Of a stretch of 64,000 nucleotides of DNA, positions 28,535-40,286 are shown piece after piece. Source of the stretch: Vicinamibacterales bacterium. Its GTDB lineage: Bacteria > Acidobacteriota > Vicinamibacteria > Vicinamibacterales > 2-12-FULL-66-21. Under the pieces are notes generated by a model that had not been told where the DNA came from, made no database searches, and worked only from the letters and a program-made list of their open reading frames with translations. The translations under genes were made by a program, and so were the position numbers. Where the stretch lies: the NCBI GenBank assembly GCA_036496585.1, contig DASXLB010000004.1:112929-176928 (forward strand), given 5' to 3'. Position 1 is the first letter of the stretch. Each line of letters begins with the position of its first letter.

Positions 28535-31192
28535 CTATCCGACGTTTCGCATGCCGGCGGCGATGCCGTTGACCGTCACCAGAAAAGCCCGCCACAGGTT
28601 GTCGTCGACGCCGCGGCCGCCGCGCAGGTGCGTGAGGAGCGCGATCTGGACGAAGTTGATCGGATCGACGTAGGGGTTGCGGACGTCGATCGACCGGCGC
28701 AGCACCGGATTGTCTTCGAGCAGCACGCGCGCCCCGAGCGCGTCGAGGACCGCCTCCCGGGCCCGCATGAGCCGGGCGCGCAGGTCGGTGCCGACGTCGC
28801 GCAGCTCCGGCGGCACCAGCGCGCGATCGTAGGCGTCGGCGATCCCCGGCTCCGCCTCGGCGAGCGCCATCTCGATCAGGCGCAGCGTGGCGTTGAAGAA
28901 CGGCCACTCGCGCGCCATCCGCCGCACCAGATCCTGTTCGCCGCGCGCCGCGGCGGCGTCGAGCGCCTCGCCGGTGCCGAGCCACGACGGCAGCAGCAGC
29001 CGCGTCTGCGTCCAGGCGAAGACCCACGGAATGGCGCGCAGCGATTCGACGCCGCCGCGGCTGCCGCGCCGGGCCGGCCGGCTGCCGATCGGCGCGCGCG
29101 CGATCTCCTGCTCCGGCGTGGCGCTGTGAAAGTAGGCGAGAAATCGCGGGTCGTCGTAGACGGTGCGCCGGTAGACGGCGTGCGCGTCGCCCGCCAGCCG
29201 TTCCATCGCGCCCCGCCATGCTTCGGGGACGGCTGCCGGCGCTTCGAGCGAGGCGCGCAGCACCGAGGTCACGTAGACCTCGAGCGTGCGCAGCGCGATC
29301 TCCGGCAGCCCGAACTGTTCCTCGATCATCTCCCCCTGCACGGTCACCCGCAGCCGCCCGTTGATCGATCCCGGCGGCTGCGATCGCATCGCCAGCGGGA
29401 TCGGTCCGCCGCCGCGGCCGATGCTGCCGCCGCGACCGTGGAACAGCGTCAGCTCGACACCCGCGTCGCGCGCCGCGGCGACCACCGCCTCCTGCGCCTT
29501 GTACAGATGCCAGTTCGCGGCGAGCCGCCCGCCGTCCTTGGCGGAGTCGGAGTACCCGATCATCACCTCGCTGGGGGGCTGCACCCCGCCGGACCCCGCC
29601 GCACCGTCGCCGGCGGAGATCCCGCCGACGCGCAGCGATCGTGGCTCGCTCGCGGCGCCGGTTCGCGGCGTCCAGAGGGCCCGCATCGTCTCACCGGCCT
29701 GCTCGAGCGTCGCGACTTCCTCGAAGAGCGGGACGACGCGCAAGGACGAGCCGTGGGCCTGCTGCAGGTACTCGACGGCCAGTACGTCGGACGGCGTCCG
29801 GGCCATCGAAATGACGTAGGCACCCAGCGAGTCGCGCGGGATTTCGGCGATCGCGCGGAAGGTGGCGAGCGCCTCGTCGACGTCGGGGCCGGCGTCGAGA
29901 TCGCGGGGCACCGGCGTGCGCTCACGCATCGCGTGGCGGAGGAACTGCTGCCGCGCGTCCTCGCTCCATTCGGTGTAGCGTCCAAGCCCGAGGCGGCCGG
30001 TTAGCGCGTCCAGTACCTGCGCGTGGCGTTCCGCGTGCTGGCGGATGTCGAGGCGGACGAGCGAGGTGCCGAAGGCGGCGATCCGGCGGAGCACGTCGGT
30101 GAGACGCCCGTCGGCGAGCAGGGGCTGCCCGGTCTCGATGAGCGACCGGTGGCAGAGCTCCAGCGCGTCGCGCAGCTCGCGGGCGCCAACGTGATGATCG
30201 GGTTCGCGCAGCCGGCGCGCCAGGTGGCGCATGACCGCGCGGTACGGTTCGCGGGCGCCGCCGGTCGCGTCGCGCAGCTCGGCGGTCGCCGCCGTGATCG
30301 GCAGCTCGCCGGCCAGCGCGTCGAGTTCCCGCGCGTAGAGCGACGCGGCGAGCGCGCGCGCGGCGGCGCAGGCCTCGCGCGTGACCTCGGCGGTGATCGC
30401 CGGGTTGCCGTCGCGATCGCCGCCGATCCACGAGCCGAACACGATCGGCGCGGCGGCCAGCGGCAGGCGCGCGCCGGTCGCTTCGAGGAGGGCGCGGTCC
30501 ATGGCGCGGAGGCAGCGCGGCAGCGCGTCCCACAGCGTCTGCTCGAAGATGTAGAGGCCGCTGCGGACTTCGTCGAGCGGCCGCGGCTTCTGACGCCGCA
30601 CGTCCTCCGTGCCCCACATCGCGAGAATCTCGCGGCGAAGCCCGGCTTCGACCTCCTCGCGCTCGAACGCGCTGAGGTCGCCGCGATCGTGGCGCTCGAG
30701 CGCCGCCGCGACGCGGGCGTGGGCGGCGGCGAGCGTGCGGCGGGTGATCGTCGTCGGATGCGCGGTGACGACCAGCGCGATCTGCATCCGGCCCGCGGCG
30801 GCGTGCAGATCCTCGGGCGACGCGCCTGCCTCGAGGATCTTCGGAAAGATCTGCTGACAGGATCCGCGCTGGCCCCGCGACGCGTCCTCGCGCTGATAGT
30901 CGCGCCGCCGCCGCACGCGGTGGTGCTGCTCGGCGATGTTGGCGAGCGCCAGGAAGTGCGCGAAGGCGCGCGCCACCGGCACCGCCATCTCGAGCGGCAG
31001 GTCGCGCAGCGGCTTCTCGAGCCGCCCGACGTCCTGCGCGGCCTCCTGACGCGCCGCCTTGGCGGCCCGCCGGATCCGCTCCACCGTCTCGAACAGCGCG
31101 TCCCCCTCGCGCGCCCGGATCGTGTCGCCGAGCATGCCGCCGAGCATCGACACGTCTTCGCGCAGCCGCTGGTGAGGATCGGCGGGACTCAC
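28535..31192 (-). CDS. ppc: Phosphoenolpyruvate carboxylase
   Basis: 3' portion of the 2358-aa track ORF. GTG 31192 gives VSPADPHQRLREDVSMLGGMLGDTIR (canonical Ppc N-terminus). Internal motifs VVTAHPT and GYSDSAKDGG are present, and the C-terminus is NGIAAGMRNVG. 885 aa. The start overlaps the upstream stop (GTGA). Confidence 0.95.
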   Translation of the reverse strand: MSPADPHQRLREDVSMLGGMLGDTIRAREGDALFETVERIRRAAKAARQEAAQDVGRLEKPLRDLPLEMAVPVARAFAHFLALANIAEQHHRVRRRRDYQREDASRGQRGSCQQIFPKILEAGASPEDLHAAAGRMQIALVVTAHPTTITRRTLAAAHARVAAALERHDRGDLSAFEREEVEAGLRREILAMWGTEDVRRQKPRPLDEVRSGLYIFEQTLWDALPRCLRAMDRALLEATGARLPLAAAPIVFGSWIGGDRDGNPAITAEVTREACAAARALAASLYARELDALAGELPITAATAELRDATGGAREPYRAVMRHLARRLREPDHHVGARELRDALELCHRSLIETGQPLLADGRLTDVLRRIAAFGTSLVRLDIRQHAERHAQVLDALTGRLGLGRYTEWSEDARQQFLRHAMRERTPVPRDLDAGPDVDEALATFRAIAEIPRDSLGAYVISMARTPSDVLAVEYLQQAHGSSLRVVPLFEEVATLEQAGETMRALWTPRTGAASEPRSLRVGGISAGDGAAGSGGVQPPSEVMIGYSDSAKDGGRLAANWHLYKAQEAVVAAARDAGVELTLFHGRGGSIGRGGGPIPLAMRSQPPGSINGRLRVTVQGEMIEEQFGLPEIALRTLEVYVTSVLRASLEAPAAVPEAWRGAMERLAGDAHAVYRRTVYDDPRFLAYFHSATPEQEIARAPIGSRPARRGSRGGVESLRAIPWVFAWTQTRLLLPSWLGTGEALDAAAARGEQDLVRRMAREWPFFNATLRLIEMALAEAEPGIADAYDRALVPPELRDVGTDLRARLMRAREAVLDALGARVLLEDNPVLRRSIDVRNPYVDPINFVQIALLTHLRGGRGVDDNLWRAFLVTVNGIAAGMRNVG

Positions 31193-32046
31193 GGCAGGAG
31201 GCGCCGGCTGTGGAGGAACGAGGCGACGGCGGGGAAGAAGCGCGGGTCCTTCTCGCTGGCGTAGATGTGGCCGCCCGCCACTTCCACGAACTGCTTCGGC
31301 TGCGGCGCCGCCGCGAACAGCCGGCGGGCCTCGCCGATCGGCACCACGACGTCTTCGGGACTGTGCAGGAACAGGATCGGCGCGTGAATGGCGCCGACCC
31401 GCAGGATCGACTCGAAGGGATTCCGGATGATCAACCGTACAGGAAACATCGGGTACCGCTGCTGGCCGATGGCGACGATCGAGGCGGGCGCTCCCTCGAG
31501 GACCACCGCGGCGGCGTCGACATGCGACGCCAGCGTGACCGCGACCGCCGAGCCGAGCGACCAGCCGTAGATCACGATGTGCTGCGGATCGACGTGCCGG
31601 CGGGTGCGCAGGTAGTCGTACCAGTGCGCGGCGTCTTCGGCGAGCCCCGGCTCGGTCGGCGTGCCGGCGAGGCCGCCGAAGCCGCGATACTCGGGCGCCA
31701 GCACGTTGACGCCGAGGGCGCGCAACCGCTCGTAGTGCAGCACGTTCATACGGCTGGCGAGGGTGCTGTCGTTGCCGTGCAGATAGACCACCCACACCGC
31801 GGCGCCGGGCGACACCGCCGGCATCAGCCACGCCCTGCCGGTGGGCCGGCCGCCGGTGGCTGCCGGCGGCTCCTCGAGCTGTTCGTAGGGCTGCGCCGGC
31901 CGCCGCGCGTCGAACGGCGCATCGGCGCGGAACACGAGCCGCGTCTCGTTGGCGATCAGCCAGCCGATCGTGGCGGCGTAGGCGACGACCACCAGCGTCA
32001 GCACGCCTGCGATCGCGCGTCTCCACGTCAGCCCTGAGCGGTCCAT
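31189..32046 (-). CDS. Alpha/beta hydrolase (membrane-anchored, S9/S33-like)
   Basis: Track ORF 31189..32229. Start set to ATG 32046 (MDRSGLTWRRAIAGVLTLVVVAYAATIGWLIA, TM anchor). Nucleophile elbow is IYGWSLGSAVA. Translationally coupled to ppc. Confidence 0.82.
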   Translation of the reverse strand: MDRSGLTWRRAIAGVLTLVVVAYAATIGWLIANETRLVFRADAPFDARRPAQPYEQLEEPPAATGGRPTGRAWLMPAVSPGAAVWVVYLHGNDSTLASRMNVLHYERLRALGVNVLAPEYRGFGGLAGTPTEPGLAEDAAHWYDYLRTRRHVDPQHIVIYGWSLGSAVAVTLASHVDAAAVVLEGAPASIVAIGQQRYPMFPVRLIIRNPFESILRVGAIHAPILFLHSPEDVVVPIGEARRLFAAAPQPKQFVEVAGGHIYASEKDPRFFPAVASFLHSRRLLP

Positions 32047-32134
32047 TGCTGGGGAAAGATGGTACCATCCACGCGCTCCGGCGCGAACCGCGGCTCTTCC
32101 GGGGCCTTGGCGAGGTGAAATTGGAGACAAGAGC

Positions 32135-35100
32135 ATGAAGAACTCGTCGCTCGCCGCGGTGTGCGCCGCGGGCACGCTGATCGTGTCCGCACTGAGCAGC
32201 CGGCCGGCGGCCAACGGCGCGCCGACCAAGCTGCTGCGGATGCCGACGGTCAGCGCGACGCAGATCGCCTTCGCCTACGCCAACAACATCTGGACAGTGG
32301 ATCGGGCTGGCGGCGCCGCGCGCCGCCTGACCAGCTTCCAGGGGCAGACCACCAACCCGCACTTCTCGCCAGACGGCCGCTGGATCGCCTTCAGCGGCGA
32401 GTACGCCGGCAACGTCGACGTCTACGTCGTCGCGGCCGACGGCGGCGAGCCGAAGCGGCTGACCTGGCACCCGGGCGCCGACGCGGTGCAGGGCTGGACG
32501 CCAGACGGGAAATCGATCGTCTTCGCGTCGAGCCGTGCCACTGCCGCGCCGACCGGCGCACCGCGCTTCTGGACGGTGCCGGCCGACGGCGGCATTGAGG
32601 AGCCGATGGCGCTGCCGCGCGGCTACCAGGGAAAGATCTCGTCCGACGGCACGCACATCGCGTATCGCATGAACAACTCCTGGGACGAGGAGCGCCGCAA
32701 CTACCGCGGCGGCCAGAACCGGCCGATCTGGATCGTCGACCTCAAGACCTACGAGCTCGTCTCGCCGCCGTGGACCAACTCGAAGGACATCGACCCGGTC
32801 TGGGTCGGCGACGCCGTCTACTTCCTCTCGGATCGCGACGGCGTGTCGAACGTGTGGAGCTTCGACACCAGGGCGAAGACGCTCGCGCAGGCGACGAAGT
32901 TCACCGACTTCGACGTCAAGACGCTGGATGCGAGCGGCAGCACCGTGGTCTTCGAGCAGGCGGGGCAGATCCACGAACTGGACGCGAAGAGCGGCAAGGA
33001 GAAGATCGTCCCGATTACCGCCGCCGGAGATTTTCCGTGGATGATGCCGCGTTGGGAGGACGTGACGGCGCGGATGACCAGCATCGCGCTGTCGCCGACC
33101 GGCAAGCGGATCGTCGTCGAATCGCGCGGCGAGATTTTCACGATCCCCGTCGAAAAAGGGGACGTCCGCAACCTGTCGCACTCGAGCGGATCGGCCGAGC
33201 GCGATCCGGCCTGGTCGCCCGACGGCAAGTACGTGTCGTACTTCAGCGACAAGTCCGGCGAGTACAAGCTGATCATCGAGCCGCAGGACGGCCTCGGCAC
33301 GCCGCGCGAGATTCCGCTCGAAGGGAAATTTCACTACTACACGCCGTCGTGGTCGCCCGACTCGAAGCGCCTGCTCTATACCGACACCAACCTGAGCGTG
33401 TGGGTGCTCGACGTCGCCAGCGGCGAGGGACGGATCGTCGGCCGCGATCCGTGGATGGTGCCGCAGCGCACCGAGAATCCCTCGTGGAGTCCCGACTCCA
33501 AGTACGTCGCCTATGCGGCCCACCTCAACACGCTCTACAAGGCGATCTTCATCAGCAACGTCGAGACGGGTGAATCGAAGCAGGTGACCGACGGCCTGGC
33601 GGACGCGACCTGGCCAGTCTGGGACGCGAGCGGCAAGTACGTGTGGTTCCTGGCCTCGACCGACTTCGGCCTGCGGTCGCAGTGGCTCGACATGACGTCC
33701 TACGACCACAACGAGAACTTCGGGCTGTACCTCGCGGTGCTGAAGAAGGGGGAGCCGAGCCCGCTCCTGCCTGAGAGCGACGAAGACACCGGCGTCACCT
33801 TCGCGCCAGGACGCGGTACGCCTGAGGCCCCGGGCGGCCGCGGCCGTGGCGGACGCGGTGCGGCCGCGGACCAGGCGGGCGACTCCGCCCCGCGTGGCGA
33901 CGCGGCGGCGTCGCAGGAGCAGCCGGACCGCGCGCCGCGCGTCCCGGTAACCGTCCAGATCGATTTCGACGGCCTGTCGCAGCGCATCGTCGCGATTCCC
34001 AACGTGCCGGTGCGCGACTACGACAAGCTGCTGCCCGGCGTTGCCGGCACCGTCTTCTACGAGCAGGCCGCGGCGGCCGGCGAAGACGATGGCGGCGGGA
34101 GAGGCGGCGCGGCGGGCGGCAACGCCGTCATCCGCTACCGCCTCAGCGATCGCCGTGCTGCGACGTTCGTCACCAGCGCGGCCGATTACGCGGTCAGCGC
34201 CGACGGGCGCAAGCTGCTGTATCGGACCGGCGGCGGCGGCCGCGGCGGCGGCCGCGGTCCGGCTGGCGGCGCCACCGGTCCGGGACTGTTTCTCGTCGAC
34301 GCGGATCGCAATCCGCCGGCGGCAGGACAGGGGCGCGTCAACGCGACGCTGCGGATGTATCTCGAGCCGAAGGACGAGTTCAGGCAGATCTTCGACGAGG
34401 GTTGGCGCAACCAGCGCGACTATCTCTACGTGCCGAACATGCACGGCACCGACTGGGCGAAGGACAGGGAGATGTACGGCCAGTTCCTGCCGTACGTGAA
34501 TCACCGCGCCGATCTCAACTACCTGCTCGACATGATGGGCGCCGAGATTTCGATCGGCCACTCGTACGTCCGCGGTGGCGACATGCCCGACGTGCCGCCG
34601 TCGATTGGCGGCCTGCTCGGCGCCGACTTCACCGTCGACAGCGGCCGCTACAAGATCGCGCGCATCTACGACACCGAGAGCTGGAATCCGGATCTGCGCG
34701 CGCCGCTCGCCGCGCCGGGCGTCGACGTCAAGGTCGGCGACTTCGTGGTCGCCGTCAACGGCATCGAGCTCAAGGCGCCCGACAACATCTACCGCCTGCT
34801 CGACGGCACGGCGAACCGTCAGACGGTGCTGGCGATCAACAGCCGTCCGGCGATGGAGGGGGCCAGACAGGTGACGGTGATCCCGGTCGCCAACGAGCAG
34901 ACGCTGCGCACGCGCGCCTGGGTCGAGGCGAACCGGCGGCTCGTCGACAAGCTGTCGAACGGCCAGCTCGCCTACGTGTATCTGCCCAACACCGGCCAGC
35001 CCGGCTACACCAGCATGAATCGCTACTACTTCTCGCAGCAGGACAAGAAGGGAGCGATCGTCGACGAACGCTACAACGGCGGCGGCTCGGCGGCGGACTA

Positions 35101-35579
35101 CATCATCGACGTGCTGCAGCGCGATTTCGACGGCTACTTCAACAACGTTGCCGGCGATCGCGTGCCGTTCACGAGCCCGGCGGCCGGGATCTGGGGACCC
35201 AAGGTGATGATCATCAACGAAATGGCCGGCTCCGGCGGCGACCTGATGCCCTACATGTTCCGGCACCGCAAGGTCGGCCTGCTGGTCGGCAAACGCACCT
35301 GGGGCGGCCTCGTCCATACCGCCGACACGCCGACGTTCATCGACGGCGGCTCGATGATCGCGCCGCGCGGCGGCTTCTTCGATCGCGACGGCAAGTGGGC
35401 GGTCGAAAACGAGGGCGTCGCTCCCGACGTCGACGTGGAGAACTGGCCGAAGGACGTGATCGCCGGCCACGACCCCCAGCTCGAGCGCGCCGTGCAGGAA
35501 GGGCTGCGCATGTTGAAGGAGAAGCCGGTCGAGCGATTGATGAAGGAGCCGGCGCCGCCGACGCCGGGAAAGCGCAAGG

Positions 35580-35590
<11 letters not shown>
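32135..35590 (+). CDS. Tricorn protease homolog (beta-propellers + PDZ + S41 peptidase), secreted
   Basis: 1151-aa track ORF with GGAGA SD. N-terminal LLRMPTVSATQIAFAYANNIWTV...NPHFSPDGRWIAFSGEY...VYVV is tricorn-like. TolB-like SPDG repeats are present, and the C-terminal S41 region contains INEMAGSGGD. It also contains three Gly/Arg-rich low-complexity inserts. Confidence 0.9.
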
Positions 35591-38156
<2,566 letters not shown>

Positions 38157-38171
38157 GACGTCCTCCTGAGC

Positions 38172-38582
38172 TCACGCTGCGGGAGACACCGGCCACGGTT
38201 CCGGGTGGCTCGCCGCGATCATCGCGGCGCCGGCCAGCGCGACGTTCTTCATGAAATTGATCATGTCGGCCTGGCGTGCCTGCGGGTTCTCCACATTCCA
38301 GAAGGCGTGCATGGTCGGCGTCACGCCGGCGAGAAACGTCGTAATCAATGCCGAGCCGAGCTTCGGCTTGTAGCCCGTCAGCAGGCTGAAGCCGCCAACC
38401 GCCAACAGGACGCCGCTGCCCTGGACCGCGAGCTTCGCGGCCGGTATGCCCTTGGCCTCTGCGTAGCCGGCCATCTGATCGGCGTGCAGCAGGTGATTGA
38501 TGCCGTTGTAGAGAAAGAAGCCGCCGAAGATGACTCGACCGATCATCAAGGGAATCGTCTCAGCCTTTTCGTGATTGGACAT
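38172..38582 (-). CDS. DoxX family membrane protein
   Basis: 136-aa track ORF. RVIFGGFFLYNGINHL...GSALITTFLAGVTPTMHAFW is typical of DoxX. GGGAGAA SD. Confidence 0.85.
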   Translation of the reverse strand: MSNHEKAETIPLMIGRVIFGGFFLYNGINHLLHADQMAGYAEAKGIPAAKLAVQGSGVLLAVGGFSLLTGYKPKLGSALITTFLAGVTPTMHAFWNVENPQARQADMINFMKNVALAGAAMIAASHPEPWPVSPAA

Positions 38583-38618
38583 TTTCTGTTCTCCCAGGTC
38601 ATCGCATAATCACGACGC

Positions 38619-39497
38619 GTGCCGCCTGCGAACCGTTCAGCTCGGGTACCCGCCTACCTCGCGCTGCTGGCGGCGATCGCCGGCATCGCCTGGTCGGCGA
38701 TCCTCGTCCGCTGGGCGGGTGTGCCGGGCGCGGTCTCCGCGTTCTACCGCGTACTGGTGGCGGGCGTCGTGCTGCTGCCGTGGAGGCTGATGCGTGGCCC
38801 CACCCGGCCGATCGCCTCCCGCGCCGCGGTCATCGCGGTGTTCGGGGGCGTGTTCTTCGCGCTCGACATCGCGCTGTGGAATACCTCGGTCATGCACACC
38901 GGCGCCGCGGTCGCGTCGATCCTCGGCAACAACACGCCGATCTTCGTCGGCATCCTCACCTGGCTGGTGCTGCGCCGGCGTCCGCGCGCCGCGTTCTGGA
39001 TCGGGCTGTCGCTCTCGGTCGTCGGCTGCCTGTTGATCATGGTCGGCCCCGTGCACGCCGGCTCGGCGCCGATCACGGTGTTCGGCAACCTCATGGCGAT
39101 CGCCGCCAGCTTCTTTTTCGCCGGCTACCTGGTGACGACCGAGCGGGTCCGCCGCGAGATGGACACGCTGACCTTCAACGCGCTGGCGATTGCCGGCAGC
39201 ATCCTGACCATGCTGATCGTGTGCGTCGCGATGCGCTTCCCGCTGACCGGCTATCCGCCGCGCGCCTGGCTGGCGCTCGTCGCGCTCGGCCTCGTCTCGC
39301 AGCTCGCGTCGTACTACGCGCTCGTCTACGCACTCGGCCACCTGCCGGCGACGCTGACGTCGGTGGGACTGCTGGCGCAGGTCCCGTCGACCGCGTTCCT
39401 CGCCTGGCTCCTGCTCGGCGAGCCGCTGACGCCACTGCAGCTCGCCGGCGGCGCGGTCGTACTGGCTGGTATCGTCGTGGTCAATCGCGGCCGGTGA
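38619..39497 (+). CDS. EamA/DMT superfamily transporter
   Basis: 292-aa track ORF with GTG start, 10 predicted TM segments and two EamA-like halves. CATAAT lies 8 nt upstream of the start. Confidence 0.85.
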   Translation: MPPANRSARVPAYLALLAAIAGIAWSAILVRWAGVPGAVSAFYRVLVAGVVLLPWRLMRGPTRPIASRAAVIAVFGGVFFALDIALWNTSVMHTGAAVASILGNNTPIFVGILTWLVLRRRPRAAFWIGLSLSVVGCLLIMVGPVHAGSAPITVFGNLMAIAASFFFAGYLVTTERVRREMDTLTFNALAIAGSILTMLIVCVAMRFPLTGYPPRAWLALVALGLVSQLASYYALVYALGHLPATLTSVGLLAQVPSTAFLAWLLLGEPLTPLQLAGGAVVLAGIVVVNRGR

Positions 39498-39538
39498 GCC
39501 GCGCCGCGGTCGTGTCTCGTCTCAGGCGGGGTCAGACC

Positions 39539-39886
39539 TCAGAACCCGGCCGCGCGCATCAGCGAACCGACCAGCAGCTCGACGCCGAGGACGAGCGTCG
39601 CCACCGACGCGACGAACAGGGCCGCCCGAAGCAGCGTCAGCGGGGCGCCGTCGCGGAACGCGGTGCGGCCGTCGAGGGCCAGGCCGGCGACGACCTCGTG
39701 CACGGGCGGCGCCACGAACCAGCCGCGCAGCCGCTGCGCCGACAGGCCGGCGGCGATCGCGGCGCACTCACCGGCCAGCCACAGCGAACGGGATCGGCCC
39801 CGCAAACGACGGCACTCCGCTTCCTCGAGGAGATCGCCGAGGATCGCCTCACGGTCGATGGCGGGGATGAAGCGGGCGAACAGCAT
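39539..39886 (-). CDS. Small membrane protein coupled to PadR (permease-prefix-like N-terminal helix plus 1-2 TM segments)
   Basis: 3' part of track ORF 39539..40117. ATG 39886 overlaps the PadR stop (ATGA). Sequence: MLFARFIPAIDREAILGDLLEEAECRRL...PLTLLRAALFVASVATLVLGVELLVGSLM. The REAILGDLLEE helix resembles N-terminal extensions seen on some FtsX-type permeases (recollection). Confidence 0.6.
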   Translation of the reverse strand: MLFARFIPAIDREAILGDLLEEAECRRLRGRSRSLWLAGECAAIAAGLSAQRLRGWFVAPPVHEVVAGLALDGRTAFRDGAPLTLLRAALFVASVATLVLGVELLVGSLMRAAGF

Positions 39887-40215
39887 CACGCGTTGTCCAG
39901 CACGGTTTCGTAGTCGCGCCACAGCGACAAGAACATCTCGCGCGATTCGCGCAGCGCCTTGAGGCCGGCCGGCTTCAGCTTGAAGAACCGCTTGGCACGG
40001 CCGCCCCGCTCCGGCGTGCTCTCGCCGAGCTTCGACGTCAGGAGACCCTTCTGCTCGAGCCGTTTCAGCGCGACGTAGACGGTCGCGCGGGACACCTCGC
40101 GTCCACTGCTGGCGCACACTTCGTCCAGAATGGGAATGCCGTAAGCCTCCGGGCCCAGCCGCAGGATGGCCAGGAGCACCAGATGCTCGATGTCACCGAG
40201 GTCGACGCGCGTCAT
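39886..40215 (-). CDS. PadR family transcriptional regulator
   Basis: Track ORF 39886..40251. Start set to ATG 40215 (MTRVDLGDIEHLVLLAILRLGPEAYGIPILDEV...VYVALKRLEQKGLLTS). Confidence 0.9.
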   Translation of the reverse strand: MTRVDLGDIEHLVLLAILRLGPEAYGIPILDEVCASSGREVSRATVYVALKRLEQKGLLTSKLGESTPERGGRAKRFFKLKPAGLKALRESREMFLSLWRDYETVLDNA

Positions 40216-40222
40216 CTTCTTT

Positions 40223-40260
40223 CGCAACCATTTTACGGCCGTTGTCGTCAAATAGTTGCG
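40223..40260. promoter_or_regulatory. Inverted repeat CGCAACCATTT-N16-AAATAGTTGCG in the PadR/ADOP divergent region, candidate operator
   Basis: 11-bp arms with 1 mismatch, read directly from the sequence. It overlaps TAAAAT (40235-40230, minus strand, 14 nt from the PadR ATG) and the TTGTCG-17-GATATT candidate promoter (40242-40270, plus strand) of the permease gene. Confidence 0.45.
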
Positions 40261-40286
40261 TTTCGATATTAATCGCAGCCCATCCC

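Noticed and set aside
39511-39540. Possible degenerate second REP-like element (GTGTCTCGTCTCAGGCGGGGTCAGACC) between eamA and the small membrane-protein gene.
   Set aside because: Only one clean GGGGTCAGACC unit (39528-39538) is present, and the putative inverted partner is too degenerate to call. It is mentioned under the REP finding as a possible solo unit.
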